A stretch of DNA of 64,000 bases from Phyllosticta citribraziliensis. Its lineage: Eukaryota. Below the pieces are notes generated by a model. The model was given only the letters and a program-made list of their open reading frames with translations, was not told the origin of the DNA and ran no database searches. The stretch covers positions 372,001 to 436,000 of the forward strand of contig NW_027117342.1 in the NCBI RefSeq assembly GCF_038025025.1. Direction: 5' to 3'. The stretch's first letter is position 1, and each line of letters starts with the position of its first letter. Both the position numbers and the translations under genes were made by a program. Shown here one piece after another: positions 50,669 through 61,191 of the stretch.

Positions 50669-51625
50669 ATGAGACTGTCAGCCAAAATTACCCAGTGGTG
50701 GCGCGCAAGTAGGTCCATCCAACAGCTATCCAGACGCTGAGGCTAACACGACCAAGCAAGCCGCACAGAAATCACCGAAGACGAATCCTCGTCTCAAAAC
50801 GGCGCGCACACTTCGAGCTCCACTTCTTTGCCCTGGAGTACAAGTAGGTCCAATCTCGAGACAGTCTTACACTGAGTACTCATCTGGAGTAGGAAGCTCT
50901 GTCCCAGAGATTATGGCTGGGCGTGGCTTGCGGCTCCAAAGCAATGGTCCACGTCCCGCGCTCTCGCGGGCAAACGTCTCCAGCGTGCCATGGATCGGGA
51001 CAACCGGCGTCGAGCGAGTGGCGATGTTTGTCGAGGGCGCCAACATATGGGAACCCAAGCCCATCCCAGATAATTACGGGCCTTTTTCCAACGCCGCAGG
51101 CTCCTACGGGTCGCAAAGCGCAACGGGAGACCCTCAAGGTATGAAGTCCCGAGTGACGAGGCCCGAACGCAGCTGACGACGCGTCTCTGGACAGCCCACG
51201 ACCACTCCGACGAAACCAGCACAGCGCTCGAGTACGACGTGCACAACCTGCGCCGGTGCGTACGCAAAGGGAGGACACACGGGGACCCGGCCGCGCTGCG
51301 GAAGCTATCCTGCATCAACCGCATGGACGTCTCGGACCGAGTCTCCTGCACCTACATGTCCAGCGCGGAGTCTCTCTCGTCGGCGGAAGCTCTCTCGAAT
51401 TCTGCAGGCAGAAGGACTCGCACACCAAAGCTGCCACCTGGACCCAAGGGATTGAAACTCCCGAGCGAAGCGCCGGTGGATTGGAAGCCGTACGTCCCGA
51501 ATGGCGTGAGCCGCGATCCCAGGAATCGGCCGCCGCGTGGTCGCTGGTACTACCCTGAGCAGTCGTCTTTGAGGCATGAGGTTGCTCTCATCGGCGGTGG
51601 TGGAGAAGTTGAGGGGGCCAGCTGA
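50669..51625 (+). CDS. array core-family member 8 (only the C-terminal half of the core is recognisable; ~4 exons)
   Basis: Probable introns near 50709-50760, 50844-50892 and 51139-51195. Last exon reads LRKLSCINR...PKLPPGPKGLKLP...YVPNGVSRDPRNRPPRGRWYYPEQSSLRHE. Confidence 0.65.
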
Positions 51626-52175
51626 AATGGAAAGATATTGTGAAAGAAGATGGGAGGGAGTTGGGGGTTGGGAGTATCACACCCGTCTGATGAAAGCCGT
51701 ACGAAAGACAGTGGATTCGCGCTGCCCAGTATTCAAAGGCCCCAATGGAATGTTGCCAACGCCTTTCAACTTTCGCTGCTGAAATCAAATTCGCACGTTC
51801 GCACATGCGTGTGGTGCTTCAGGTCCTGTGGTCAGTTGAGGCAGGTCTCCTGGTGTAGTTCGTGAATGTTCAATAGCGGGTAGCTGACATCCAGGTTGTC
51901 GTCCTTCTGTAATATTAGGCTCGCCGAGACCATGATGATCGCCTCGGCGGGACCGTCGATGTTCGCTCACTTCAGACTTCCTCCTCTTTCCCTGCCTCCG
52001 CGAGACCCGGGCCAGCCTCGTCGTCCAACGCGCTCTCCACTCGAACTCACGACAGAAAGATCTCGTTGCAGCGGCACACAGCAACGCTCCTAACGTAAGT
52101 GATCGCCCTCCCTGCCGGCCACTCCTGACGCTAACGGCTCTCGGCCGCCCACAAGCAAAGAACCCGTCCAAGAAG

Positions 52176-52802
52176 ATGTCGAGCCCGGAAAGAGGTGAAG
52201 AAGAGGCTGCCAGGCCAACGATACCCGAGCTCCGTCTGCGTCCCCCAAGGTGGCGGCAACAAAAAGACGACGAGCAGACTGAAGGTCCGCAGACGCAAGC
52301 CACATTGGAAGAATCAGTAATGCTGACCTACGAAGAACAAGAGACACCTGCGCCCGAAGAGCAGCAGCGCCTCTCACCCTCGCTCGAGCCACGCAAGTGC
52401 GCCACAGCGCCCGAAATCTGCGCCTGGGCCAGTAAGCCCACCTTCATCCAAGAGCTGCTCGACCTGCACGGAATCATGAAGAGAGGCAACAAAGGCGCGC
52501 AAAAGGCCGAAAACGTGCGCAAGTTTGCCTGTATCAACAGAGCCTTCGCAGCCGGCTGGTACCAGACGCCCTTGGATGCCGAATACCAGCTGCCCCTTGG
52601 TGCGACGGGAGAGAAGAGGATGAGGCCCGAGCTGGAGCGCGGCAGTCAAGGCTTGAAGAGGCCCTGGGATAAGGATGTGCCGGCGGATAAGGACATCTAT
52701 GTTCCGAAGGGCGTGACCAGGGAGCTGCGGTATCGTCCGCTGGTGGGCAGGTGGTACTATCCGAGCCCGTCTCGGCTTAGTCAGGAGTTCAAGCCAGAGT
52801 GA
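52176..52802 (+). CDS. array core-family member 9 (subfamily B)
   Basis: RLSPSLEPRKCATAPEICAWAS...RKFACINRA...LPLGATG..RP.LERGSQGLKRPWDKDVP..YVPKGVTR..RP..GRWYYPSPSRL. Probable 5'UTR intron at ~52095 (GTAAGT..GCTAAC). Confidence 0.85.
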   Translation: MSSPERGEEEAARPTIPELRLRPPRWRQQKDDEQTEGPQTQATLEESVMLTYEEQETPAPEEQQRLSPSLEPRKCATAPEICAWASKPTFIQELLDLHGIMKRGNKGAQKAENVRKFACINRAFAAGWYQTPLDAEYQLPLGATGEKRMRPELERGSQGLKRPWDKDVPADKDIYVPKGVTRELRYRPLVGRWYYPSPSRLSQEFKPE

Positions 52803-53757
52803 AGAGTTGAGAGATTGACGAGGAGCATCGACGGCGTCTGGGTTCGAGACATCTGGGTGGAAAGTCTGGTGGCGTATTACTTTACAAAGATCAAGTACTC
52901 GCGCCATGGAGCAAGTCATCCAGCTTTGGAATGTATTCTTCTGTCGCAATAGCGTTCGTCCGAGTGGAAGCGGACAGCATCAGACGGTTTACATTCAAAC
53001 ATATACCTGATTGGGATAGCATCTTGACCTCTTTCTTGTTGGCTTCAGGCCATATTTTATGCTGCAATTTGATCTCGTTCCTTTCTTCAGATCCGTAAAG
53101 GCAGGCCCAAATGGGTCATCAATCCGCATATACACCGGGCGAGGTGGGTCTTGGATTATGGCAAAGTTCTCGTTGACAGCGAAATTTTCTCGGAGCGTGA
53201 AGTGTTAATTTGGACTTGTGGTGTTTGGACGGCCACCTGAGCATCGGTCGAGGAGCAGGCGCCGGAAAGCACCAAAAGTCGTCTGCCATGTCAACAAACA
53301 CCACGCACTCGACCTCGACATCCTCCAACATCCGCATACACTCCAACTCTTCTGCAACCACCACCACTGCGAATTGTGAGGTTATACGGCTGTAACCATC
53401 CCTGAAATCTTGCTCACAAACCTTCGACTTTCCAACAAGACAGCTGACGGCTTCATCAACTCGCTCTCCAAGGTACGTTCAACCTTGCAGCCATTTTGAC
53501 CTTCGGCCGACTCGACTCAGCAAAGTCCCACGGGCGAGTCGGCTCTTGACCTCGAGGAAAATCTCAATCTTGCCTCCTCTGTGCCGCGCTATCCGACCCT
53601 ACGCGTCTCACGGCATGTCGAGACGCGCAGCTGTTTTGATCTCAAGCTGACTTGGCTCAGCATTTCCTCTGCAGGCCGATCGACACCTCAGCGCGAGAAC
53701 AGTCTCGTCCCACCCAGTCGCGGAAATCCTTCTCTTTGCGATTCTCTTCTCAACATC

Positions 53758-54518
53758 ATGTCACCCCCCGAGCAGTTCGCCAACGCCGAGACCAGCAAGA
53801 CGAGCGAAGAGAAAGCTCCTGAGATGGAGCACACCGATAGCGCTGAGAAAGACATGGAAGAACTCAGGACCATGTTGGCCAAGTACGGCGTCGAGCTGCC
53901 GGAGGACGACGATGACGCGACAGTCATGGACGACCAGGACTTCGAGAAGCTGGACCAGTTCTACGAGGACTGCTTCGACATGTCCGCGGGTATTGAAGGC
54001 CCTTGCGAGGAAGAGCCTGACGACATTGAAGGTTCGTAACCGTCTCCTCCGCCTACCGTGCCAGCACTGACTTGTTTCAAGACTTCAAGAAGCCGGGCCT
54101 CTCCCCATCTCTCAAGCCAGAGAAGTGCGCGACCGCACCCGAGATCTGTTACTGGGCCAGCAGCACCCAGCTGAAGCAGGAGTATCGACAACTTCGCGCA
54201 ACCCTCGTATACGACAACGATCTCTCAGACGACGCCGTCCGCAGGTTCGCCACGATCAACACCGCATACAAGCGCAGCTGGTACCCGATCCCGGCGGGAG
54301 AATGCCTTATGTACCCAGACGGCGCCACGGGCAAGAAGAGGCCGCTGCCCAAGCTCCCGCGTGGTTGCAAGGGTCTGAAGGAGCCCTGGGACGACGACAT
54401 CCCGACCAACGACTACGTTCCCATGGGCGTCAGTCGCAAGCGCGAGAACAGGCCGGCGCGCGGACGGTGGTTCTTCCCGCAGCAGTCTGGTCTCCGCTAC
54501 GAAGTCAAGTCGGAGTAG
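53758..54518 (+). CDS. array core-family member 10 (subfamily B)
   Basis: Acidic exon 1 and a phase-1 intron from 54032 (GTTCGT..CTGAC..AAG). GLSPSLKPEKCATAPEICYWAS...YPDGATGKKRPLPKLPRGCKGLK...YVPMGVSRKRENRPARGRWFFPQQSGLRYE. Confidence 0.85.
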
Positions 54519-55111
54519 ACCAGAGGGCAGCTTCAGAGAGCGGGTGACAGTGGGGGAGGTCGGACCCAAAATGATGTCGGAAGGAGACCAAAGTTGGCTT
54601 GCTGTGACATACGGAAGGATGAGTTGGGCAGAAGAGATGTTGAGAGAATGTCAGAGTTGACAGACAGCAACCTTGGAAAGAGTCAATACCTCATGTATAA
54701 TAGTGGACCAGGCTGGATAGATGGTGTTGGATACCCAGGGCTGAATTGGTAGTCAGTAATGAAAGATCTCTCAACGAATTCGTCCTCAAATCCAGGCCAT
54801 GTTGCTGCAGTGCTGCCCATGTTGCGCAAGATGGGCTCGGCAAAGATTCCGTGCCTGATGAGGCAATTGAAGTCGACGGAGTTTCGAAAGGGGCTCGGCG
54901 TGAGGGCACAAAACCGCCATGAAGGTCCACCAACTCTAACACTCATCAGCTCGAAAGCCATTACGACTGCAACCACCACGTTCTCGGCGTGACCAACCCG
55001 TTCCCAACTTCACCACACAGATCATCCGTAAGCTCTTGAACTTTCTGCAGCTGCCACAACCACCTTCTCAGCTTCTCACTGATTGACCTTTCAAAGATCA
55101 TTTCCTCAAGC

Positions 55112-55812
55112 ATGTCTTCCTCAAGCATGTCGAACAGGGAGGCTCAGAAGACCGACGCCGAGGCCAAGCTGGCCAAGTCGAAACACACCCTGGGGTTGCT
55201 GAAGGATTTCAGCAGGGCCATCTTGCAGCAGATCGAGAGCGTCGAGGCTGAAATCAAGAAGGCCGAAGAGGACGTTGCGCGCGCTACCAAGCGAGAGGAG
55301 CGGGCCGAAGGCCAGGAAGAAGGTTCGTGACAATAAAAGGTCAAGCGATTTGGGTACTAATGAGCCAGACAGACGAAGAGGAAGAATTTCGCCTGTCCCC
55401 CTCCCTCGTCCCCGACCAATGCGCCACGGCTCCCGAGATTGCCCTCTGGGCACGCAGCGACGACCTTCTCGATGAATTCCAGGACATGCGGCGGCTCATA
55501 CGCGCCGGCGTGTACAACGAGGACGTGCTCCGCAGGATGGCCATCATGAAGAGGGGCTACGCGCAGACCTACGTGCTGCGGTCTTACGAAAAGTACGACT
55601 TTCCGCCGGGCGCACTGGGCACGAAGCTGCGTCCCGCCAAGTGCCCTCGCGGCTGCATCGGACTGCGGACCAACAAGGACAAGGATGTTCCGAAGGACGA
55701 GGACGTGTACACTCCGATGGGTGTGAGCCGCAAGCTCGAGAATCGCCCGCAGAATGGCCGCTGGTATTACCCACGGCCGTCTTCTCTTCGCAATGAGTAC
55801 AAAGCAGAGTAG
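55112..55812 (+). CDS. array core-family member 11 (subfamily B, coiled-coil-like N-terminus)
   Basis: Phase-1 intron from 55323 (GTTCGT..CTAAT..CAG). RLSPSLVPDQCATAPEIALWAR...YDFPPGALG..RPAKCPRGCIGL...YTPMGVSRKLENRPQNGRWYYPRPSSLRNE. Confidence 0.85.
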
Positions 55813-55866
55813 TGCAGAGGGGGACTCGATCGGCCTTGGGTGATGTGGGATCATGACGATCGTCGA

Positions 55867-56002
55867 CACGGGAACGCCGTCGACACGGGAACGCCGTCAT
55901 CACGGGAACGCCGTCATCACGGGAACGCCGTCATCACGGGAACGCCGTCATCACGGGAACGCCGTCATCACGGGAACGCCGTCATCACGGGAACGCCGTC
56001 GA
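55867..56002. repeat. 17-bp minisatellite, 8 tandem copies of CACGGGAACGCCGTC(AT/GA)
   Basis: Counted directly: six internal ..AT copies flanked by two ..GA copies, with no spacers. Confidence 0.95.
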
Positions 56003-56767
56003 CATGAGAGCCTCACAGCCGTCGACGCGAGAACGTTATCGACAGAAAATTTCGCCCGTGGCCGTTGATGCGAGAGTGTTGTCAGCGCGAGACCGCCACG
56101 ACCAAAAGCTTTCAAAGTCGAAGGAGCTATCGAGTTGACGACCAGGAAGTTGAACAGTCGATCCCTCCTCTTCTTTTTCATTCACAACCAGTCTCTGCAG
56201 AGGGGAGAGATTCGCAAGGCAAGGCAAGAAGTGTGCCCAGAAGATTTTTGGGAGGGTTCGCAAGCTGCAGATTAGTAATACAGAAGATGAATGCCATGGT
56301 GAAGAGTTTCCACAATGTCGTTGAACAAAGGTTGGGTAGATGTTGGGGTTAGACTGGTGAGCGCGGAAGAGGTGAGGTTAGCCATCAAAATGGCGCTAAC
56401 GCTTTTTGGCTAGCCCACTTCTGATGCGTTGCTGCCCCAGGCCAACACTCACCTCTCACTTCACCTTCACCCTAAACCAAGCTCCGAATCACTTTGTTTC
56501 GCATCAGTCTCTGTTCGCATTCACACTGCAGCCATGTGAGCTGGATGGCAGTCGAGGTTTGCAAGACCTACCATCTGCATTCCTCACCCTCTTTGTCTTG
56601 AACAACCCACACCCAATCGTCGCCGCATTCGTCGCATCGCCCTCACATTGCCTTTTGCAGATTTCGCCCAGCCTGCCTGGAAACCTTTGTTCTTCCAGCG
56701 TTTAAGTCAAGTCAACGGTCTCACTGCCTGAGCGCAAACACCACCTCGCCCACATCCAACCTGACCA

Positions 56768-58180
56768 ATGGCTTCGCTGTTCAAGGGCTTGTCGAAGGCG
56801 TTTTGGGGCGTCTTTTCGACGTCCGATCCACGTGAGGCGACCAAACAGCAAGCTGCGACGCTCGTCAATGGCGAGCCCATACTCCAGACGTCTCGGAAGC
56901 GGCCGCTGGACAATGAAACTGAGGACCTTGAGCCCAACAAGAGAGCTTTCCTACATCGGCTCAACGACAGCAGGCGCGCTCAGCAAGGCTTTCAAGACGG
57001 ACTATACCAAGACGACGGCGAGAATCCGAACTTTGACGATGGCCAGTTTGATGATGCCGAACCGCTTTCCGACCAACCCTACATCAAGTCTGAAGAGTAC
57101 GACAACGACGAGCCGCACGAGCAGCCTTACGTAAAACTGGAAGAGGTCGGTGACGAGTACGAGTATTTCGATGAGCCGCATCCTTCCAGCGCCGAAGTTC
57201 CGGCAAACCAGTTCAGCACGCCCGAACGTCAATACCTGAGTCGGGCTGATGACGGCGGTATGCGAGATCGACTCCAAAGTACGGTGCAAAAGAAGCTCTG
57301 GCTGCAGAAGGAAAGAGAGCAGCGAGAGAGGGATGCCGAGAAGCTGCGTAGCCAGGGAATGAGCGAGGACACTGTTCAAATCCACAAGAGAATCGGCATG
57401 CGCGGCATGATTCCCTGCTTCCCGAGCACCTGGGCCTACACTCTGAACACTCTGGACCGAGTCCACTTCACCAGCAACTCGTCGGAAGCTTTTGTCAAGT
57501 CTCTCTATGACAATGATTTCAGAGGTAAGTCGCGGCATCGACCGGTTGTGTTTCCTCGTTGCTGACTCCCGACAGCTGTCAAGGCCTTCCAAAGGTTGAT
57601 GAGTCTCGGAGCCTGGGCAAGAGACGCCGTCACCAACGAAGAACACACCTCGCCCAACCGCAAGCCGGAAAAGTTGATTCGACGCGAGATTGGATCTTAC
57701 ATCAAGTGGGCATTCAAGGACGGACAGGTTTACGGCTCCGACTACGTCCCCACAATCGGCGTCTACTCTGCTCCCCTGGGTGCAGACCTGGACGAATTCC
57801 AAAACCGCGTCACTCTCGACCTCTTTGTGATGAAGCAGGCCTGGCGTTTGAAGCTGCGCGAAGAATCCGAGTTCCAAGGACGCGACTTGGATGCCATGCT
57901 TCCAGTCCCAGACGTCTACGGCATCGCCATCGTCGACACGGAAGTGAGATTCGTCGTTCTCGACGACGTGGAGGATCAGGAATCGGGCCAGCTCCGAGAA
58001 GAGCCTTTTGTGCGCATTTTCTCGCAGCTGGACTTTGCTCGCCCCGACTACGATTTTTGGAATGCGCAGGCGGTTGCCTTGCTCGTCGTCCATTGCAGGA
58101 ACAACATGGTGGAGCTGGAGGAGATTATTCGCGAGGGTCCTAATGCCGAGGGTGATGTGGAGGCGTCTTCGATTTTTTAG
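56768..58180 (+). CDS. conserved fungal protein of unknown function
   Basis: Intron 57525-57575 joins NDFR|AVKAFQRLMSLG. Globular C-terminal region KPEKLIRREIGSYIKWAFKD...VYGIAI...DFWNAQAVALLVVHCRN; NLS-like RKRP in the N-terminal part. Confidence 0.8.
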
Positions 58181-58931
58181 GTCCGCGTCGGAGTACCAGT
58201 CGTGGTTCAGGGATTTCAGGGCTCGAGTTTCTTGCGCGCGGCATGCGATACCAAGGTTTGCGATCGGTTGATAGTCTTTGTTGCTTCAAAGGCGGAGCTA
58301 GTGGAATTGAGTGGACTTTTCTTTTCTTCTCCATTGTGGAACGGCTGAGTGATGGGCAGACGGAGCATGAGATTGGCAGACAGCTAAACAGGTCAGCAAC
58401 GACGACAAACTCTGCTGCGGAGAGGACTTGTCGTCCAACGCCTTGTCATTGACGTGCAGGCCCCGAGCGGGATGCAGCAGCGGGAAGCGTCCCGAGCCGC
58501 GGTGGGTTAAACCAACAGAGGAACAGTCGATCCCACGGCAGCGGTTCAGCAGTCAAACACGCCCAGAGCTTGGAAGACGTCTCTTCAACACCACGGAACC
58601 CGATTGCAGATGGCGTCGGAGCAATGCAAACGACAAAAGCCCCCTGCGAAGACACGGTGGAGGCCTCTAGCGCCGTCTCGCAAAGCCGCCGCCTTCAGCC
58701 GATTCGCTGAATCATGTCGTACCTTGCCCGCTCCCCCAGAGTGTGCCCCCGTCGCCGTCGGACCCCTCGCTCGACCGCACTGCTCTGCTCCTCCACGGCT
58801 TGCATTCTGACCCCGCCGACACCACGTAGCCTGCAATTGTAAAATCGCTGCCATTCGCCGACCGCTGGCCAATTCGTCTCACAAGCTCGTCGCGCTGGCA
58901 TTCGCAGCAGCCTGACCAGCGAGCACAGCGC

Positions 58932-61087
58932 ATGTCTCGCCGCCCGCCGTCGACGGCGTCGTCGACCTCTTCCTCCTCGCCGTCCGCCATCGCCACGCCG
59001 CCCTCGCTCTCCGCATCCACAGGCCAAATCACGTCGCGCGACCCCGTCTCCGCATTCGACGTGTCATGGAGCGACCGCCTGAACCGGCACGAGGAGATTG
59101 AAATGGCGACGTTTGACGACAACGATGGGGCGGCGGCCGACGACGAGGAAGAAGACGACGAAGACGAGGAAGAGAAGGGGTTCTTGGGCGGACGAGGGGG
59201 CAGCGGCGCCGACGGCACGAGGACTGGCGGTTTGGACGCCGCCGCTGTGAGAGCTGGCGCCAGCGGCCCGCCTGCCGAGGATTTCGAGCTCTTTACGCCC
59301 GACGAGGAGAGGCGGGTGCGGCGCAAGTTGGATCGGCGGCTTGTCTTGTTCATGGGGCTGCTGTACCTGTTGAGCTTCTTGGACCGGTCGAGTGCGTATC
59401 CCGCTCCTTTTCCCGCAAGAGACGGACCTCGTGGAGTACTGGACCACGCATGGATCGATGTTGGAAAAAGAGAAAAAGATTCGAGGCTGATGATGATGTT
59501 GTGCAGATATCGGCAACGCGCGCATTGCCGGCCTCGAGCGCGATTTGAAGCTGCAAGGCGGCCGCTACGAGTGGCTCTTGACGGCGTTTTATGTCACGTA
59601 TATAGCGTTTGAGTGGATGACGGTCATGTATGTTGATTCTCTGTCCCGAACCCCATTCTCCGCGACTCCCAGATCAAGACCGCTGTGACATGCATCCAGC
59701 ACCTCCCGCCTGAAAAGACGAGCTCTGACGCCCCCAGGTACCGCCTCGTGCCGCCGCACATGTACATCGCCGCCTGCGTCTTCTCCTGGGGCCTCATCGC
59801 CTCGCTGCAATCGCTGACCACATCTTTCGGGCAACTCGTGGCTCTCCGCGCGCTGCTCGGCGTCGCCGAAGCCGCCTTCGGGCCCGGCGTGCCGTTCTAC
59901 CTGTCGCACTTCTTCCGCCGCGACGAGCTGGCGTTCCGGACGGGGCTGTTCGTCTCGGCCGCGCCGCTCAGCACCAGCTTCGCCAGCAGCCTGGCGTGGG
60001 CCATCATGTGGGCGGGCGGCAAGCTGGGCCTCAAGGTTGCCAGCTGGCGGCTGCTGTTTCTCGTGGAGGGCCTGCCCAGCTGTCTCGTCGCCGTGTGGGC
60101 GTGGCGGCTTGTCCCTGATGGCCCCGGGGAGGCGCGGTGGCTGAGTAGGAGAGAGCGCGAGGTCGCCGTGCTGCGGCTGCGGAGAGAAGGGGAAGAGACG
60201 AGTGCGCCGGACAAGGAGGACGAGGGCGATGCTGGCGCCATCGCGGCGCGAGCTGGCCATCGGAGCAGAGCTGGCATCGACTGGCGACAGGTCCGCCAGA
60301 CGCTGACGGATCCCAAATGCTACCTCACAGCCGTACGTCCTGCATACCACCCCCATCAACTCACCACAAGCAAACTGACCGACTGACCGAACAGGCCATG
60401 TTCTTCCTCGCCAACGTCGCCTTCAGCTCCATCCCCGTCTACCTCCCCACCATCATCCACGGCATGGGCCACAGCGCGCTAACATCGCAAGCCCTGGCCG
60501 CGCCGCCCTATCTCCTCGCCTTCCTCTTCATCCTCCTCACATCACACTTCTCCGACCGCCAGCGCGCCCGCGCCCCCTTCCTCGTGTGGCACGCGCTGCT
60601 CGCGGCCTTCGGCTTCGCCACGCTGGCGCTGGCCGCCTACTACGGGACGCACGACTTCCCGTCGTTCCGCGGCCGCGCCGGCGCGCGCTCGCTGCACGCG
60701 CTGCGCTACGCCGCCGTGTACCCAGCCGCCGTCGGCTTCTTCGGCTGCGTGACGCTCGTGATTGCGTGGACCATCAACAACCAGCGCGGCGCGACGGGCC
60801 GCGGGACGGGCGTCGTGCTGCTGAACGTCGTCGGCCAGTGCGGGCCGCTGGTCGGCACGCGCCTGTTCCCCGACGCCGACGCCCCCTGGTTCATGCGCGG
60901 CTTTGGCGTGTGTGCAGGCGCCATGGCGGGCGTGGCTGTGTTGGCGTTGGGCCTGCGGTGGTGGTTGCGAAGGGAGAATGAGAGGATGGTTAAGGAGAGG
61001 GAGGGGTGGGAGGGCGGTGGCGTGGAGGAGGTTTTGCTGCGCGGTGGCGAGAGAGAGAGGAAGGGCGTTTGGTTGTATATGCTGTAG
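58932..61087 (+). CDS. MFS transporter, anion:cation symporter family (Dal5/Tna1-like)
   Basis: EERRVRRKLDRRL..LYLLSFLDRSNIGNARIAGL, LRALLGVAEAAFGPG, FFRRDELAFR, WRLLFLVEGLP, WTINNQ..GRGTG. Introns near 59392-59506, 59628-59738 and 60333-60394. Confidence 0.92.
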
Positions 61088-61191
61088 ATAAATAGGTACC
61101 TTGATATTGTGCGGACGGATGTAGACAGTTGTGTACAGTACATTAATAGATACACCGTCGACCGCTGACGTACCCCTGACCACCTCACCAC

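Noticed and set aside
36951..53606. MCB (ACGCGT) boxes upstream of array genes at 36951, 46535, 46574 and 53601
   Set aside because: A few hexamers over about 17 kb of GC-rich DNA is compatible with chance.
30000..56000. Array as a transposon, Starship or integrated virus
   Set aside because: I recognised no transposase, tyrosine recombinase, RT/integrase, capsid, terminal repeats or target-site duplication. The genes have normal host-type spliceosomal introns.
55867..56002. CRISPR-like array
   Set aside because: The units are contiguous with no unique spacers, there are no cas genes, and the context is eukaryotic. It is a minisatellite.
57002..58093. Long antisense ORFs (also 19865-20698, 20735-21664, 23057-23863, 59589-60359)
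   Set aside because: These are shadows of GC3-rich genes on the opposite strand.
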